From an archaeon (GTDB taxonomy: Archaea; Undinarchaeota; Undinarchaeia; Undinarchaeales; JBDRKL01): DNA of 64,000 nucleotides. The stretch lies in NCBI GenBank assembly GCA_043814055.1, contig JBDRKL010000010.1, positions 1 through 64,000 on the forward strand. Reading direction: 5' to 3'. Under the pieces are notes generated by a model that was not told the DNA's origin, ran no database searches, and saw nothing but the letters and a program-made list of their open reading frames with translations. The position numbers and the translations under genes are program-made. Shown here piece after piece: positions 53,711 to 64,000 of the stretch (position 1 is the stretch's first letter; each line of letters starts with the position of its first letter).

Positions 53711-55893
53711 GGCAGGAAGGCGCGCTACAGGTGCTACTTACGCTAATTGCCCTGATTTTTTTCAGCATGGTGGTTCAAGGCGCTTTTGCAGCTTCTTACA
53801 CTGTTCGGGTTGAGGATGCCGCCCTCACTACTGATGTCTATAAGCAGCCTGGTGACTTTGTTAATATTGTAATATGGGCTTCTTCTTCTGGCTCGGCTTC
53901 GCTCTCATATAACAATGATTTGAAGCTGGTGGGCGGCGATTCCAATAGTGTATCTTTGTCTTTGGGCAGGAATGTACTGAAATTTTATATCCCTGAAGAT
54001 GCGGATACCGGCTTTTATTCCGTGACTGTTGGCTCAACCACTGTGAGCTTTAAAGTCATTACAAATCCTTCGCTGATTATTATTACACACCGCAACAGGC
54101 TTTTTCAGCGGTATGGTCAGAACTCAAACAGCCAGAGCGGCACTGTAATTTCTCTTTTGGCAAAGGCGTATGAAAAGGCCGACGATGGCAACGGCATTGT
54201 GTATGACCTCGGCAATTTTGATTCCATGCCTGAATACCTCTGGAGCTCTTATTCCCAATATTCAGAGGAGCCGCTTTCCCCTGAAGAACTTGACAATTCC
54301 TATGCCGTAAGCGCAGGCATTTTCGTGCAGAGCAGGTGCAAGGCGCCAAACTGCGAGAACGTGCTGGTCCTTGGTGATGACTATGTCGTCCCGTATTACA
54401 GGCGAAGCGTGACAATGACACAGGGCTGGCTGTGGAACCAAGGGGAAGCTACTGAAACAATTTACACAGACCTTTCATATATCCCAACAAAACGCATGTA
54501 CTTTTCTGACCTGGACTCGCTTTTTCCCGGCTCCCAAGTGACGATTGTCACGCCGAGTTATGTAAGTTCCGAGTTGAATAACCAGATTAACGACCTAAAG
54601 AACGATCTTAAGTCAGAATACAATGTGGTTGTTAACATCAAGAGTTCTTACAACCTTGCCTGCAATTCCTACCTTGAACTTGGCGGCACGTTGGTTACAA
54701 AAAACCTGATTCTGATAGGTAATGCTGACAACAACAGGGCAATCGCCTGCCTGCCATGGGTTGAGAGCGGGGAGTCAACGATTTCAATCGAGCGGAACGT
54801 GTGGGGCAACAAGGGCAGTGCGATTGTCTTGGAGACCGACGGAAAAAGGCTGGACAGCATCCTAACGCTGAGGAAGCTGATGGCAGAGCAGGACAAAGAT
54901 GAGTTTGATTTTGGGAGTGCTGTTGTTGCATGTTTATGGGACGGAAAGTTTGAGGGCGAGCACCCGATGATGCAGGAAGTCAGCTGCAATATGATTCCCA
55001 TTGTCGAGCTTGCACCAGACTTCAGGGACTCAATAAAGTGCCTGCTGGAGTCTGAAAAAACAACCATTGATGAGTTTGTCTGTAAAGTAAACCACTTTGC
55101 AACCTTTTATGATCTTGCCGGATATGGGGCTGCTTTCGTCAGTTTTGGCGCTGGCGGGGTGGCTGCCGAGGTCGGAGATACTGGCGTTTCTGTCTTGAAG
55201 GTTGGCTTGAAGAACGCCGCAGAGGGAATTAATGACCCCAAGGTTTTGAAAGCTGCGGCTGATTCTTTCGATGGGTTGTCAATAACAAAGAAGGTTAAGC
55301 ATACTAGTAGCCTGGCGGATATTGTGTACAAGAACCCTGCGAAGTATGAGGAACTAACCGAATCTTGGATTAAAATAATTTCCAAAGGGGACGGTGTCAC
55401 GACCACCACTTTTAAGGCAATTGATATTGACGTAGTGGATGTTAAGCATTTGATGCCGGACAAGTTCGCTGATTACGCAGAGGGCGTGAAAATTGCAGGC
55501 TATGCCGATCCTTTGACAGACGGCGCAGGGGTTCATAAAGTGGTGAAGGCATTTAATGCTCCCGGAGTAGTCACGAATGTCATTGATCCGGGCTCTGTCG
55601 TTGTTAAACAGATAGATGGGATGGCGATACTGAAACAAGGAGAGCATATAGGACCTAACAGTGGGTTTGGCCAGGTGCATATGGTGAAAGAAGGTCATTA
55701 TGACCAAATTAAAAATGCGTTTGGCCTTGCGGATAATAACAAGGCAGTGGATGAATTCATCCAGGAGGGGTTGGAGAAAGGGACGAAGTCAGGTAATACG
55801 ATCACTTGGGATGTACCCAACAATGAACACAATCTGAAAATCATTTTAAGTGACACGTCTCCCGGCAGCATTCAAATAGCTCGTCCCGATTAA
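53707..55893 (+). CDS. Secreted multidomain protein, candidate polymorphic toxin
   Basis: Signal peptide, C25-like VLVLGDDYVVPYY...YTDLSY, pre-toxin-like MIPIVELAPDFRD, Gly/Ala hydrophobic segment and C-terminal LKQG...GFGQVHMVKEGH. Confidence 0.65.
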   Translation: MRQEGALQVLLTLIALIFFSMVVQGAFAASYTVRVEDAALTTDVYKQPGDFVNIVIWASSSGSASLSYNNDLKLVGGDSNSVSLSLGRNVLKFYIPEDADTGFYSVTVGSTTVSFKVITNPSLIIITHRNRLFQRYGQNSNSQSGTVISLLAKAYEKADDGNGIVYDLGNFDSMPEYLWSSYSQYSEEPLSPEELDNSYAVSAGIFVQSRCKAPNCENVLVLGDDYVVPYYRRSVTMTQGWLWNQGEATETIYTDLSYIPTKRMYFSDLDSLFPGSQVTIVTPSYVSSELNNQINDLKNDLKSEYNVVVNIKSSYNLACNSYLELGGTLVTKNLILIGNADNNRAIACLPWVESGESTISIERNVWGNKGSAIVLETDGKRLDSILTLRKLMAEQDKDEFDFGSAVVACLWDGKFEGEHPMMQEVSCNMIPIVELAPDFRDSIKCLLESEKTTIDEFVCKVNHFATFYDLAGYGAAFVSFGAGGVAAEVGDTGVSVLKVGLKNAAEGINDPKVLKAAADSFDGLSITKKVKHTSSLADIVYKNPAKYEELTESWIKIISKGDGVTTTTFKAIDIDVVDVKHLMPDKFADYAEGVKIAGYADPLTDGAGVHKVVKAFNAPGVVTNVIDPGSVVVKQIDGMAILKQGEHIGPNSGFGQVHMVKEGHYDQIKNAFGLADNNKAVDEFIQEGLEKGTKSGNTITWDVPNNEHNLKIILSDTSPGSIQIARPD

Positions 55894-55906
55894 GCCTTAG
55901 CAATCC

Positions 55907-56377
55907 ATGAAAAACACATACAACACTCAAATATTGGATATAATTCCTTCGACAGTAGATGAAGGGAAAGGGCGGATTATAGATGGTTATGTAAAATTAA
56001 AAATAAATGACATTGAATTTTGGGCTTTTGCTTTAGAGGATTGGAGAACAGGCAAATGGTCTCTGTCTATGAAGGGCTCCAATTTATCATTAAAACTTAG
56101 TTTTTTGAATCTAAACATACAAGCATCTGAAAAAAAGATTAAACAAATAGTTCCAATACCAAATCAGAAAAAACCCTGTGATTACATAATTTATGGCGAA
56201 GTTGTTGATAAAGTGCCTTCGTCAAAACTTCCTGATAAATATGAGCGACTTCAGGTTGGATGTGGCTTTGTAGTAGGTGGTGTCAGTGTAGCTAAGAATC
56301 AATTCAAAATCGGCGACTACATCCAGGCAGAAGGCCGCTTGGACGCTTACCGCGTGAAGGAGGCAGATGAACTCTAA
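55907..56377 (+). CDS. Small cytoplasmic protein, candidate immunity protein
   Basis: Directly downstream of the candidate toxin, no signal peptide, AT-richer than the flanks. Confidence 0.55.
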   Translation: MKNTYNTQILDIIPSTVDEGKGRIIDGYVKLKINDIEFWAFALEDWRTGKWSLSMKGSNLSLKLSFLNLNIQASEKKIKQIVPIPNQKKPCDYIIYGEVVDKVPSSKLPDKYERLQVGCGFVVGGVSVAKNQFKIGDYIQAEGRLDAYRVKEADEL

Positions 56378-59300
56378 CCTAAAACCCCCACTGCTCGCAG
56401 CACTTATCATAGCCCTGCTCTTGGTAGTCCCAGCTCTTGCACTTGAGCCTGACTATGAGTCCGCTGCAGTTGGCCGCATTGTCGGCGACACCGCAACGGA
56501 GATGGCATCTGTGCTGGACTCAGGCGATTTCTCCTTCCAGCACGCCACATTTTACTCAAATAACGGTCTGCCTTACTCGCCTGCCATGGACACAAAATAT
56601 GTCCTTGGCGCGTATTTCCCCTCCCAGCTCACGTCCCAAATAAACGGCTGGAGCTGGTCTGACGTCAGCAGCAGCATGTCCTCGTGGAAGAATAACGAAA
56701 TGTTCATTGTTGAGGCGGACAGCATGTTCAGCAGTGGCGACTTAAAGGTTAAGGACAGCCCCTATTATGGAACTTCTTACTTAGAGGCCTCAGATGTTTC
56801 TGGCTGGAAGTCCAGTTTTAGCGCAAAAGACCCTTTGTTTGTGTTTGATGCTGAATACGCAGGCCTGTACCTGCCAAAGAGCTTTGACTCAACGGACTCT
56901 TTTGTTGGTCAGCTTGGCCAGGACTCCAGCATAATTGCCCCAACTGCTGTGCCAAGCGATGAGTTTGTCAAGTCCCTGGTGTGCTCCATGTATTATTCTG
57001 ACGGTTCTCTTGGGACTGCTTTCAGGGACGCAAGGAATTCCTACTATAGGAATGCTGAGAACTATGGGGAGCTGCCTGGCCTGTCCCTGATGTCCTATGA
57101 GCTGTACGGCGACCCAAGCGCCTCATTTTCCATGCCAGGGTCGCCAAGCCCGTCTGCAGTTGACCAGTATTGTTACCCCTACACAGAGGGCGGCACAGTA
57201 AACGTGCCAATGGAGATTGATATTACCAAGAAAGGCGCTGTAGCTGATGACGAGGTCTGGAAGGTCCAGCTGAGCGTTGGCAACATAAAAAATCTCAGGG
57301 TCAAGCTAAGCTGGGCGCAGACCAATGCAAACCTTGACCTGACTTTAGTTGACCCGAATGGCAAATCTTATTCCCCTAGTTCTACAGGCTCCTCAAACGA
57401 GGAAGTCACTGTATGGAACTTCGCCAGTAACCTGCGAAACAAGCCTTGGATAGTAAAGGTAACAGGGACAAATGTCCCGAGCAGCATTGGTTATGCAAAG
57501 TTTGATGTTCTAGCCACTTCTCCTTCTGATGAATCAGGCGGCGGGGGTGGTGGAGGCGGAGGTGGCGGCGGAGGCGGTGCAGGTGGCGTAAATCTCACAT
57601 CCATAAGCCTCAATTACCTCTCAGCGTGCTCCCCTGAAAATGGTCTGACTTTTGTAATCAAGGGGACAAAGGCAGGCGAGGGGGATGAAATCATAGTAAA
57701 CCCGGACCAGGCAGCAGGGGAAGCCTTGAAGTATTTCAAGACCGGTCTTGTGATACCAAATTATGCGCAGTGGATTACAATGGACTTCAAGCCAGGGCAC
57801 TTGGACTGGGACAACTGCGGAACTGTTGAAAGAGTTGACCCTATCTTCAGGCAGACTGAGGTCGCCCGCGTCATGTTCGACGCCGACGTGAAATTAAAGT
57901 TTGATGAGTTCGGCTCTGTTTCCGAGACTCTCCAAAAAGAGATGCGGCAGTATTGGATTGATGACATACAAGCAGGGCCGTATTGGAGCGAACTGTCTGC
58001 CAAAGGCTTCAATGAATTCCCTGATTACAAAAGGCGCGCATATATTCATCCAGCGGCATTTGAGGTAAATGGAAGCGGCTGTAATATATTCATATCCGAG
58101 GCAAAGATGAATGTAACGCATGTGTTTGACTGGGTTGTCCTGGATACTGCGAGATATAGCCTAAGCCCTGAGGTACAGGCCTATTTGGACCAGCGCCTTG
58201 AGAACTGGGAAAATGTTTTCCAGATGCGGCAGGAAACTGAGCTTGTTTCCAAGCATCTTGAGTCATTAAACAACGATCCAAAGTATGCAGAAATGAGGCG
58301 GGTCTACACCGCATTGGCGCTTGTACAATGGTACAAACAACAGGACAGGAGCAAGATACCATTTGGAGATATCATTGACTCAAACAACATAAGCGGCTTG
58401 GAGTCAGACCCCCTATTTGACCAGAGCTATTGGGATGCGCAGGCTTGTCAATTCATGTTCACGACTCCAATGCCATGCGGCTTCTATGGCGGAACCTGCA
58501 ACTGGGACTTCGGCGGAGGGGTCTCTCTTGGCTCTGTCCCGCCGGACGTGCTCGGCGAGCTTGACGGGCAGATAAGTGAGCTGATGTCAGAGGCAATCAC
58601 TGCGCCGTATGTGCAGGAGGGGAACGATTATTATTTTGGCGGGGAGATTGTGGCAAACGAGCCTGACCTAAAGCCTGTTGGCATGGGCTTTTCCGAGCTA
58701 TCTCCTGCCACGCAGGAAACCATCAACATAACTGCGGATCTAGCCAATACAGGGCGCACTGGTTCAGCCGGATTCACAGCAAGGTTCTATGACAAGTACA
58801 CGTATCCAAATGGTCATGTGGCTGCGTATTTGATTGGGGATGCTAGCGCTCCGCCGCTTGATGCAGGCGCTTCTGAAGCAGTATCAGTCAGCTGGAGCAC
58901 CGGGGATCTCCTGGGTACACATGAAATTTACGTGAAGGTAGACTACAATGGCGAGGTTGATGAATCCAATGAGCTGAACAACCTGTTAATCAAGGAACTT
59001 GCTGTGGTTGACCCTAACCCAACAGCAATGATAATGTATCCTAAAAACGGGGCTGGTTTTTCACAAGGGAGCATTGTGGCTTTATCTGGCATAGGAAGTG
59101 ATGAGCAGGACGGTTTCCTCCCAGAGTCCTCAATTGGGTGGAGCTCAAGCATTGATGGTGGGCTGGGCACAGGATTCCGCCTGGAGCTTTCCAACTTGTC
59201 AGCAGGAACTCATACTATAACCCTGACTGTAACTGACAGCACGGGATTGCGGGATTCAAAGCAGGTGGCATTAACTATCTACAAGCCTGATTATCCCCGG

Positions 59301-62300
59301 GTTTTATTGAGCTCGCCAACAGAAGGGCAGAAGTTTGCAGAGGGTGAGCTAGTATATTTCACTGGCTCTGCTTTTGACCCTGAGGACGGCGTACTGCCTG
59401 ATTCTTCACTTGCCTGGAGCTCCAGCATTGATGGCGAATTAGGAACGGGAAAATCAATAATGAGTACAGGCCTGTCAGTTGGTACTCACATCATAACTCT
59501 CTCAGCCACGGACAGTAGCAGCTTAACATCAACTGCTAACACCAGCATAGTGGTAGAGGAAGGCAGCCCGGTTGCAAGCATTGCCTCTCCTGCGAGCGGC
59601 AACAAGTACTTTCAGGAGAAAGACATATCATTCAACGGCTCTGGCTCTGACCTGCAGGACGGCTCACTGCCAGGAAGCTCCCTTTCATGGTTATCCAGTA
59701 GTGACGGATATCTTGGTCTGGGAGCTACAATCTCCAAAGCTCTGACAAGCGGCACGCATGTAATCACACTCACTGCCACTGACAGCCACGGCCTTACTGG
59801 CACAAGCCAGGCAACCATCGAGGTGCTCCCGCCTGGCTACGCATACTCCTCTATAATGTCGCCGCGCAGCGGACAGGAGTTCATACATGGAAGCACTATA
59901 ACATTCACAGCAAGCGGAGAGGGTGCGCAGGGGTCTTTACCAAGTTCTGCATTCGCATGGTCCTCAAGCATTGACGGCGCGATTGGAACAGGCAATTCAT
60001 TTAATTTTGACTCAACCACCCTGAGCGTGGGAGAGCATGAGATAACGCTCACGGTCAACAGCAGTGGCGGACTGGTTAGCGCGCTGAAGACTGACATAAA
60101 TATAACCCCTGCGCCGCCGGTCGCAAGCATTGTATCGCCATCAGCCGGTCAGGCATTTGCTGCAGGCGAAGATACCATATTATTCAACGGGTCAGCAGTT
60201 GACCTAGAAGACGGCGTTCTTGGCGGGGATTCACTCGTATGGTCCTCAAGCATTGAGGGGGGAATTGGGACCGGCGCCTTGTTCAACAGGACTAACCTGT
60301 CCGTAGGGACGCACAAAATAACGCTCACAGCCACTGACAGCGATGGAAAACAAGGCACCGCAGAAGCCAATGTTGTTGTGGTTGGAATTGGTGAAGCAAC
60401 GCTAATCATATTCTCCGACGGCTCTGCAGTGAAGAACTTTACATTCTCATCAGCTGGGAGCCAGGTCGCTTCTTTGAAGATCCCGAAAGAGGGGGATGTA
60501 ACTTATGCAACAGTGCAGATTGAGGGCAAAACTGCTGGGGGCTATTATGGCGGAGGGAGCCCCAACTTAGTTTCTTACTTTAAATTTGAGGAGAGCTCTG
60601 GGCAAACCGCAATTGACAGCAGCACCTACCAGAATCATGGGCAGCTTGGATCTACAAATGGGACAGATTCCAGCGATCCAACTCGGGTAAACGGTCTTAT
60701 TGGAAAAGCGCTGGAATTTGACAGGTCTGATGATTTCGTCAGTGTGCCTGATGATGACTCACTTGATTTCGGGACAGGAAGCTTTACTGTAGAGTTCTGG
60801 ATGAAGCACAATACAATTGTCAGGTCCAGCGAAGCCGGGGACGAGGAGTATGCAGTCATCAAGATGAATTTCGGCAACCACGAGGGCTTTTATATCAGGA
60901 TGGACCCGTACCAAAGCACAGCAGGTCAATTGGTTTTTCGAGTCAGGGATACCATACCCAGTACCACAGATCTCCATTCTCAGGTAGCACTTGACGACAA
61001 TAAGTGGCATTATATCGCCTGTGTCAAAAATGGCACTTCATCACAGAAGATATACGTGGACGGGGTGGAGAAAGCCTCAGGTACGCCACCGGCTGGCAGC
61101 ACATCCCACAATCAGGATTTGTTCATCGGAAGCAGCCTCCAAGCCAACAGGGTTTGGGGTGGAATTATTGATGAGGTCCGCATATCTAATGTAGCCCTGA
61201 GCGCTTCTGAGATTAGCGGGCATTATGCCCATGCTGTAAATTGGATTGGCTACTGGAATTTTGACGAGGGGAGCGGACAAATCGTGGGAGACAAGAGCAA
61301 CAACAATCATAATGGAATGCTGGGGGCTTCAGAGAATATTGATAACGATGATCCTTTATGGGTGGGTGGGATTTCAGAAAGTGCATTGGAATTCGACGGA
61401 AACAATGATATTGCTAAAATTTCAGCCGGAACCTGGGATGATTTTGGCAGCAATAGTTTTACAGTAGGATTCTGGGCAAAAACAAACGAATTATTTACAG
61501 ACAGTATACATCTCTTGGTCCATAATATGCAGTATTCAGGGGGTCCAAATGCCCTTGGCTGGGACATTGGCATCCTAAAGAATGGGAGCGTGCTTTTGGA
61601 TATCCGTGATGGGCACGACGAAGCCCAGGCGTATTCAAATTCAGTGATCAGTGATGGGACATGGCATTATATTGTTGGCGTTCGAGATGGGTCTTCTATA
61701 AAAATATATATTGATGGGAAAAAAGAAGCCACATCGGATTGTTCCAATGTAGACTCAACCAGCAATAGTGACCCCATAAGAATAGGGGGCAGATACCCGT
61801 CTGAAAGCTATTACTTCTATAAAGGTGCTATAGACGAAGTTATGCTTTGGGACTATGCGCTTTCTGATGTGGAAATCCAAGAGCTATATCCTGGCTCCTC
61901 TTTATCATACCCGTTAAACCCCAGCCTGGACGCTGGCTCGGACGGCAATTCTGAGTGGAGCTATGCAGGAGCTTTTGGTGCAAAGGAAACAACGCAGGAC
62001 TTTCATAGCGAACTGAACGAGCACCTGCTGGCGTGCACGCCTGTAAACAACATGTGTACAATCCCACTAAAAGTGTCTTCCAAATCGGCAGGCATCCTGG
62101 AGCTTTCCAACATCAGTATCCAATATTCTATAGTAGACAAGTATCCGCCTGTAATCCACAGCATAGTCATCATACAGAACACCTACAAGCCAGGCGAGCT
62201 GCTAAAGATTAAGGCCAATGTGTCAGACAACGTTGAAGTGCAGCGGGTTGAGACGGCGCTCAGCAATTCAATAGTACAATTGGCTTATAATGAGGTGACT

Positions 62301-64000
62301 GGGCTGTATGAGGGCAACATGACCGCGCCGCAAAGCGGAAATTACATTGCCAACATAACTGCATTTGACTCTGTCGGGCTGAGCAGCCAGGCCAATATTT
62401 CCATAGAGATAAACTCAGTTAAGCCGGACCTGAGCATAAGCCCGGGCGATATCGTGTACGCGCCGGCTGAGCCAAAGGACGGCAGTATTGTTGTTGTAAA
62501 TGCCACGATTTACAACTTCGGCGAGACTGCAGCAAATAACTTTGGGCTGGAGCTGCTCATTGACGGGGTTTCAAGCGAGGCAAAAATTATTTCAGTCCCA
62601 GCAATGTCTGCCACGATGGTGCAATTTGAGTGGGCTGCTGCCTACGGTCAGCACGAAGTTAAAGTGCGCGCTGACTACACCAATGCCCTAGATGAGTGGG
62701 ATGAGTCAAATAATGAGGCTGGGTTCACCTTAACTGTGATAGACGCTGTGCCTCCAACAATACACAGCATATCGGTTGAGCCTATGATAGTGCATGAGGG
62801 GGACATTGTCTATGTCAGTGCCAATGTTACTGACAACGTTGAAGTGAAGCAGGTCAAGGCAGAAGTTGGCACTGCCAGCAAGGTACTTATGTATAACAAC
62901 GAGTCTGGGCTATATGAGGGCACGATAACAGCGCCTTTTAAGGGATTCTACCATGTCGTGGTTACTGCAACTGACAGGGATGGCCTGGTAAGCTCCAGGC
63001 AGGCAGGGCTCAATGTGAATAGCAATAAGATAGACCTTGTAGTGGGCACTGCTGACATCGCCTTCCTCCCAGCAAGCCCGAGAGATGGTGAGTTTGTTAA
63101 TATTAAGGCGACCATCCACAATACTGGTGCTGCAGACGCAGACAACTTTATAGCAGAGTTCCTGGTTGATGGCAATTCGCATGAAACTGTCAATGTTTCT
63201 GTTCCAGCAAAATCCCAGGCACTGGCAGAATTCACCTGGGTTGCCAGCTATGGCACGCACACGCTTTCAATCAATGCAGATTCAGAAAATATCATTGCAG
63301 AGGTTAATGAAACCAATAACCTGGCTGGGAAGGTTCTGCTGGTTCCGGATACTATTCCGCCGACAATAGAGAGCATAACCAATAGCCCCGAAATAGTCCA
63401 CGAGAGCAACCTTGTCACAATAGAAGCTGTTGTTACAGATAACCGCGGCATAGATGTGGTAATTGCAGAATTAAATGGTGCAAACATAAGTCTTTCGCCT
63501 GATTCAGGCGCATATACAGGTGTGCTAACCGCTCCTGCTGAAGGGAAATATAACGTCAAGGTAACTGCTTTTGATGACAGCAGCTTGTCCAGCACGCGGC
63601 AGGAGCCGCTTGCTGTGCATAGCATTAAGCCGGATATCCAGATAAGAGAGGAAAATGTCACCTTTGTCCCAGAGAATCCTGTTGATGAGTCTGTGCTGAG
63701 GATAAGCGTTGTGCTGTATAACACAGGTGCAAGCAGCACGGGCAGTTTTGAGGCAGGGCTTATTATAGATAACAAGGCAGTGCAAAGCAATACTATTTCA
63801 GTGGAAGCAGGTTCTAATGTGAGCACAGAATTTTCTTGGAATGCCACTTATGGCAACCACACCCTGAAGATAAAGGCAGACACCAAGAATGATGTAGCTG
63901 AGATAAATGAGTCAAATAACGAGTACACAAAAGAACTATTTATCCCTGACATTACCCCGCCGGACTCTCCAGTGGTTAGCGCAGACCCCAGCAGCTGGGC
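56367..64000 (+). CDS. Giant secreted protein (>2540 aa, 3'-truncated): C25-like half, PPC-like domain, Gly linker, CARDB, PKD-like repeats and two LamG domains
   Basis: GGAGG SD then ATG AAC TCT AAC CTA with a signal peptide. Frame spot-checked at 56760, 57540 and 63960, and no terminated long + ORF is listed here. Motifs YELYGDP, ESNELNN, WSSSIDG.LGTG...GTH.ITLT.TD and W.FDEGSG...IDEV. Confidence 0.85.
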   Translation, partial: MNSNLKPPLLAALIIALLLVVPALALEPDYESAAVGRIVGDTATEMASVLDSGDFSFQHATFYSNNGLPYSPAMDTKYVLGAYFPSQLTSQINGWSWSDVSSSMSSWKNNEMFIVEADSMFSSGDLKVKDSPYYGTSYLEASDVSGWKSSFSAKDPLFVFDAEYAGLYLPKSFDSTDSFVGQLGQDSSIIAPTAVPSDEFVKSLVCSMYYSDGSLGTAFRDARNSYYRNAENYGELPGLSLMSYELYGDPSASFSMPGSPSPSAVDQYCYPYTEGGTVNVPMEIDITKKGAVADDEVWKVQLSVGNIKNLRVKLSWAQTNANLDLTLVDPNGKSYSPSSTGSSNEEVTVWNFASNLRNKPWIVKVTGTNVPSSIGYAKFDVLATSPSDESGGGGGGGGGGGGGGAGGVNLTSISLNYLSACSPENGLTFVIKGTKAGEGDEIIVNPDQAAGEALKYFKTGLVIPNYAQWITMDFKPGHLDWDNCGTVERVDPIFRQTEVARVMFDADVKLKFDEFGSVSETLQKEMRQYWIDDIQAGPYWSELSAKGFNEFPDYKRRAYIHPAAFEVNGSGCNIFISEAKMNVTHVFDWVVLDTARYSLSPEVQAYLDQRLENWENVFQMRQETELVSKHLESLNNDPKYAEMRRVYTALALVQWYKQQDRSKIPFGDIIDSNNISGLESDPLFDQSYWDAQACQFMFTTPMPCGFYGGTCNWDFGGGVSLGSVPPDVLGELDGQISELMSEAITAPYVQEGNDYYFGGEIVANEPDLKPVGMGFSELSPATQETINITADLANTGRTGSAGFTARFYDKYTYPNGHVAAYLIGDASAPPLDAGASEAVSVSWSTGDLLGTHEIYVKVDYNGEVDESNELNNLLIKELAVVDPNPTAMIMYPKNGAGFSQGSIVALSGIGSDEQDGFLPESSIGWSSSIDGGLGTGFRLELSNLSAGTHTITLTVTDSTGLRDSKQVALTIYKPDYPRVLLSSPTEGQKFAEGELVYFTGSAFDPEDGVLPDSSLAWSSSIDGELGTGKSIMSTGLSVGTHIITLSATDSSSLTSTANTSIVVEEGSPVASIASPASGNKYFQEKDISFNGSGSDLQDGSLPGSSLSWLSSSDGYLGLGATISKALTSGTHVITLTATDSHGLTGTSQATIEVLPPGYAYSSIMSPRSGQEFIHGSTITFTASGEGAQGSLPSSAFAWSSSIDGAIGTGNSFNFDSTTLSVGEHEITLTVNSSGGLVSALKTDINITPAPPVASIVSPSAGQAFAAGEDTILFNGSAVDLEDGVLGGDSLVWSSSIEGGIGTGALFNRTNLSVGTHKITLTATDSDGKQGTAEANVVVVGIGEATLIIFSDGSAVKNFTFSSAGSQVASLKIPKEGDVTYATVQIEGKTAGGYYGGGSPNLVSYFKFEESSGQTAIDSSTYQNHGQLGSTNGTDSSDPTRVNGLIGKALEFDRSDDFVSVPDDDSLDFGTGSFTVEFWMKHNTIVRSSEAGDEEYAVIKMNFGNHEGFYIRMDPYQSTAGQLVFRVRDTIPSTTDLHSQVALDDNKWHYIACVKNGTSSQKIYVDGVEKASGTPPAGSTSHNQDLFIGSSLQANRVWGGIIDEVRISNVALSASEISGHYAHAVNWIGYWNFDEGSGQIVGDKSNNNHNGMLGASENIDNDDPLWVGGISESALEFDGNNDIAKISAGTWDDFGSNSFTVGFWAKTNELFTDSIHLLVHNMQYSGGPNALGWDIGILKNGSVLLDIRDGHDEAQAYSNSVISDGTWHYIVGVRDGSSIKIYIDGKKEATSDCSNVDSTSNSDPIRIGGRYPSESYYFYKGAIDEVMLWDYALSDVEIQELYPGSSLSYPLNPSLDAGSDGNSEWSYAGAFGAKETTQDFHSELNEHLLACTPVNNMCTIPLKVSSKSAGILELSNISIQYSIVDKYPPVIHSIVIIQNTYKPGELLKIKANVSDNVEVQRVETALSNSIVQLAYNEVTGLYEGNMTAPQSGNYIANITAFDSVGLSSQANISIEINSVKPDLSISPGDIVYAPAEPKDGSIVVVNATIYNFGETAANNFGLELLIDGVSSEAKIISVPAMSATMVQFEWAAAYGQHEVKVRADYTNALDEWDESNNEAGFTLTVIDAVPPTIHSISVEPMIVHEGDIVYVSANVTDNVEVKQVKAEVGTASKVLMYNNESGLYEGTITAPFKGFYHVVVTATDRDGLVSSRQAGLNVNSNKIDLVVGTADIAFLPASPRDGEFVNIKATIHNTGAADADNFIAEFLVDGNSHETVNVSVPAKSQALAEFTWVASYGTHTLSINADSENIIAEVNETNNLAGKVLLVPDTIPPTIESITNSPEIVHESNLVTIEAVVTDNRGIDVVIAELNGANISLSPDSGAYTGVLTAPAEGKYNVKVTAFDDSSLSSTRQEPLAVHSIKPDIQIREENVTFVPENPVDESVLRISVVLYNTGASSTGSFEAGLIIDNKAVQSNTISVEAGSNVSTEFSWNATYGNHTLKIKADTKNDVAEINESNNEYTKELFIPDITPPDSPVVSADPSSW

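Noticed and set aside
57537-57587. G-rich tract as a G-quadruplex or regulatory repeat
   Set aside because: It is explained by a poly-Gly linker with mixed codons.
56407-63847. Many short ORFs listed in the last 7.6 kb
   Set aside because: They are antisense or off-frame shadows of the single giant + strand ORF.

Overview
Archaeal chromosomal window, DPANN-like by gene content: aIF5A, Nob1, Tyw1, RNase Z, an intron-containing tRNA, TATA promoters, many ATGA/TAATG overlaps and S-layer-type glycoproteins. The exact lineage cannot be set from the sequence alone. In order it holds surface glycoproteins (1-6.6 kb), MscS, FKBP and iscU/iscS, a cluster of Cys-rich secreted proteins, a cysteine locus, split thiI, PEPCK, an aminotransferase, porGDAB, tRNA-Ser, rnz, tyw1, folate/C1 genes, ion transporters, acs, aIF5A and nob1. 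It ends with a candidate polymorphic toxin-immunity pair and a >2500-aa surface protein that runs off the window and is missing from the ORF track. The best candidate for a new system is the minus-strand cysteine locus at 19066-15731. It reads: TATA box, leaderless Cys-rich leader peptide (MKRNLCGCCCSQ), a run of hairpins, tRNA-Cys(GCA), two 55-nt armless tRNA-Cys-like hairpins ending in UCCA, cysteine synthase, a toxin-antitoxin pair and cysS. The only SD-led start of the cysteine synthase reaches the enzyme frame only by a prfB-like +1 slip at GGU-GGU-GGC-CUU-UGU(Cys)-UAA, which suggests a cysteine-starvation-sensing frameshift. Other notable items are a tRNA-Ser acceptor microhelix with CCA and a small repeated element inserted exactly at stop/start overlaps. 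All calls come from reading the sequence by eye; no searches or folding programs were run.
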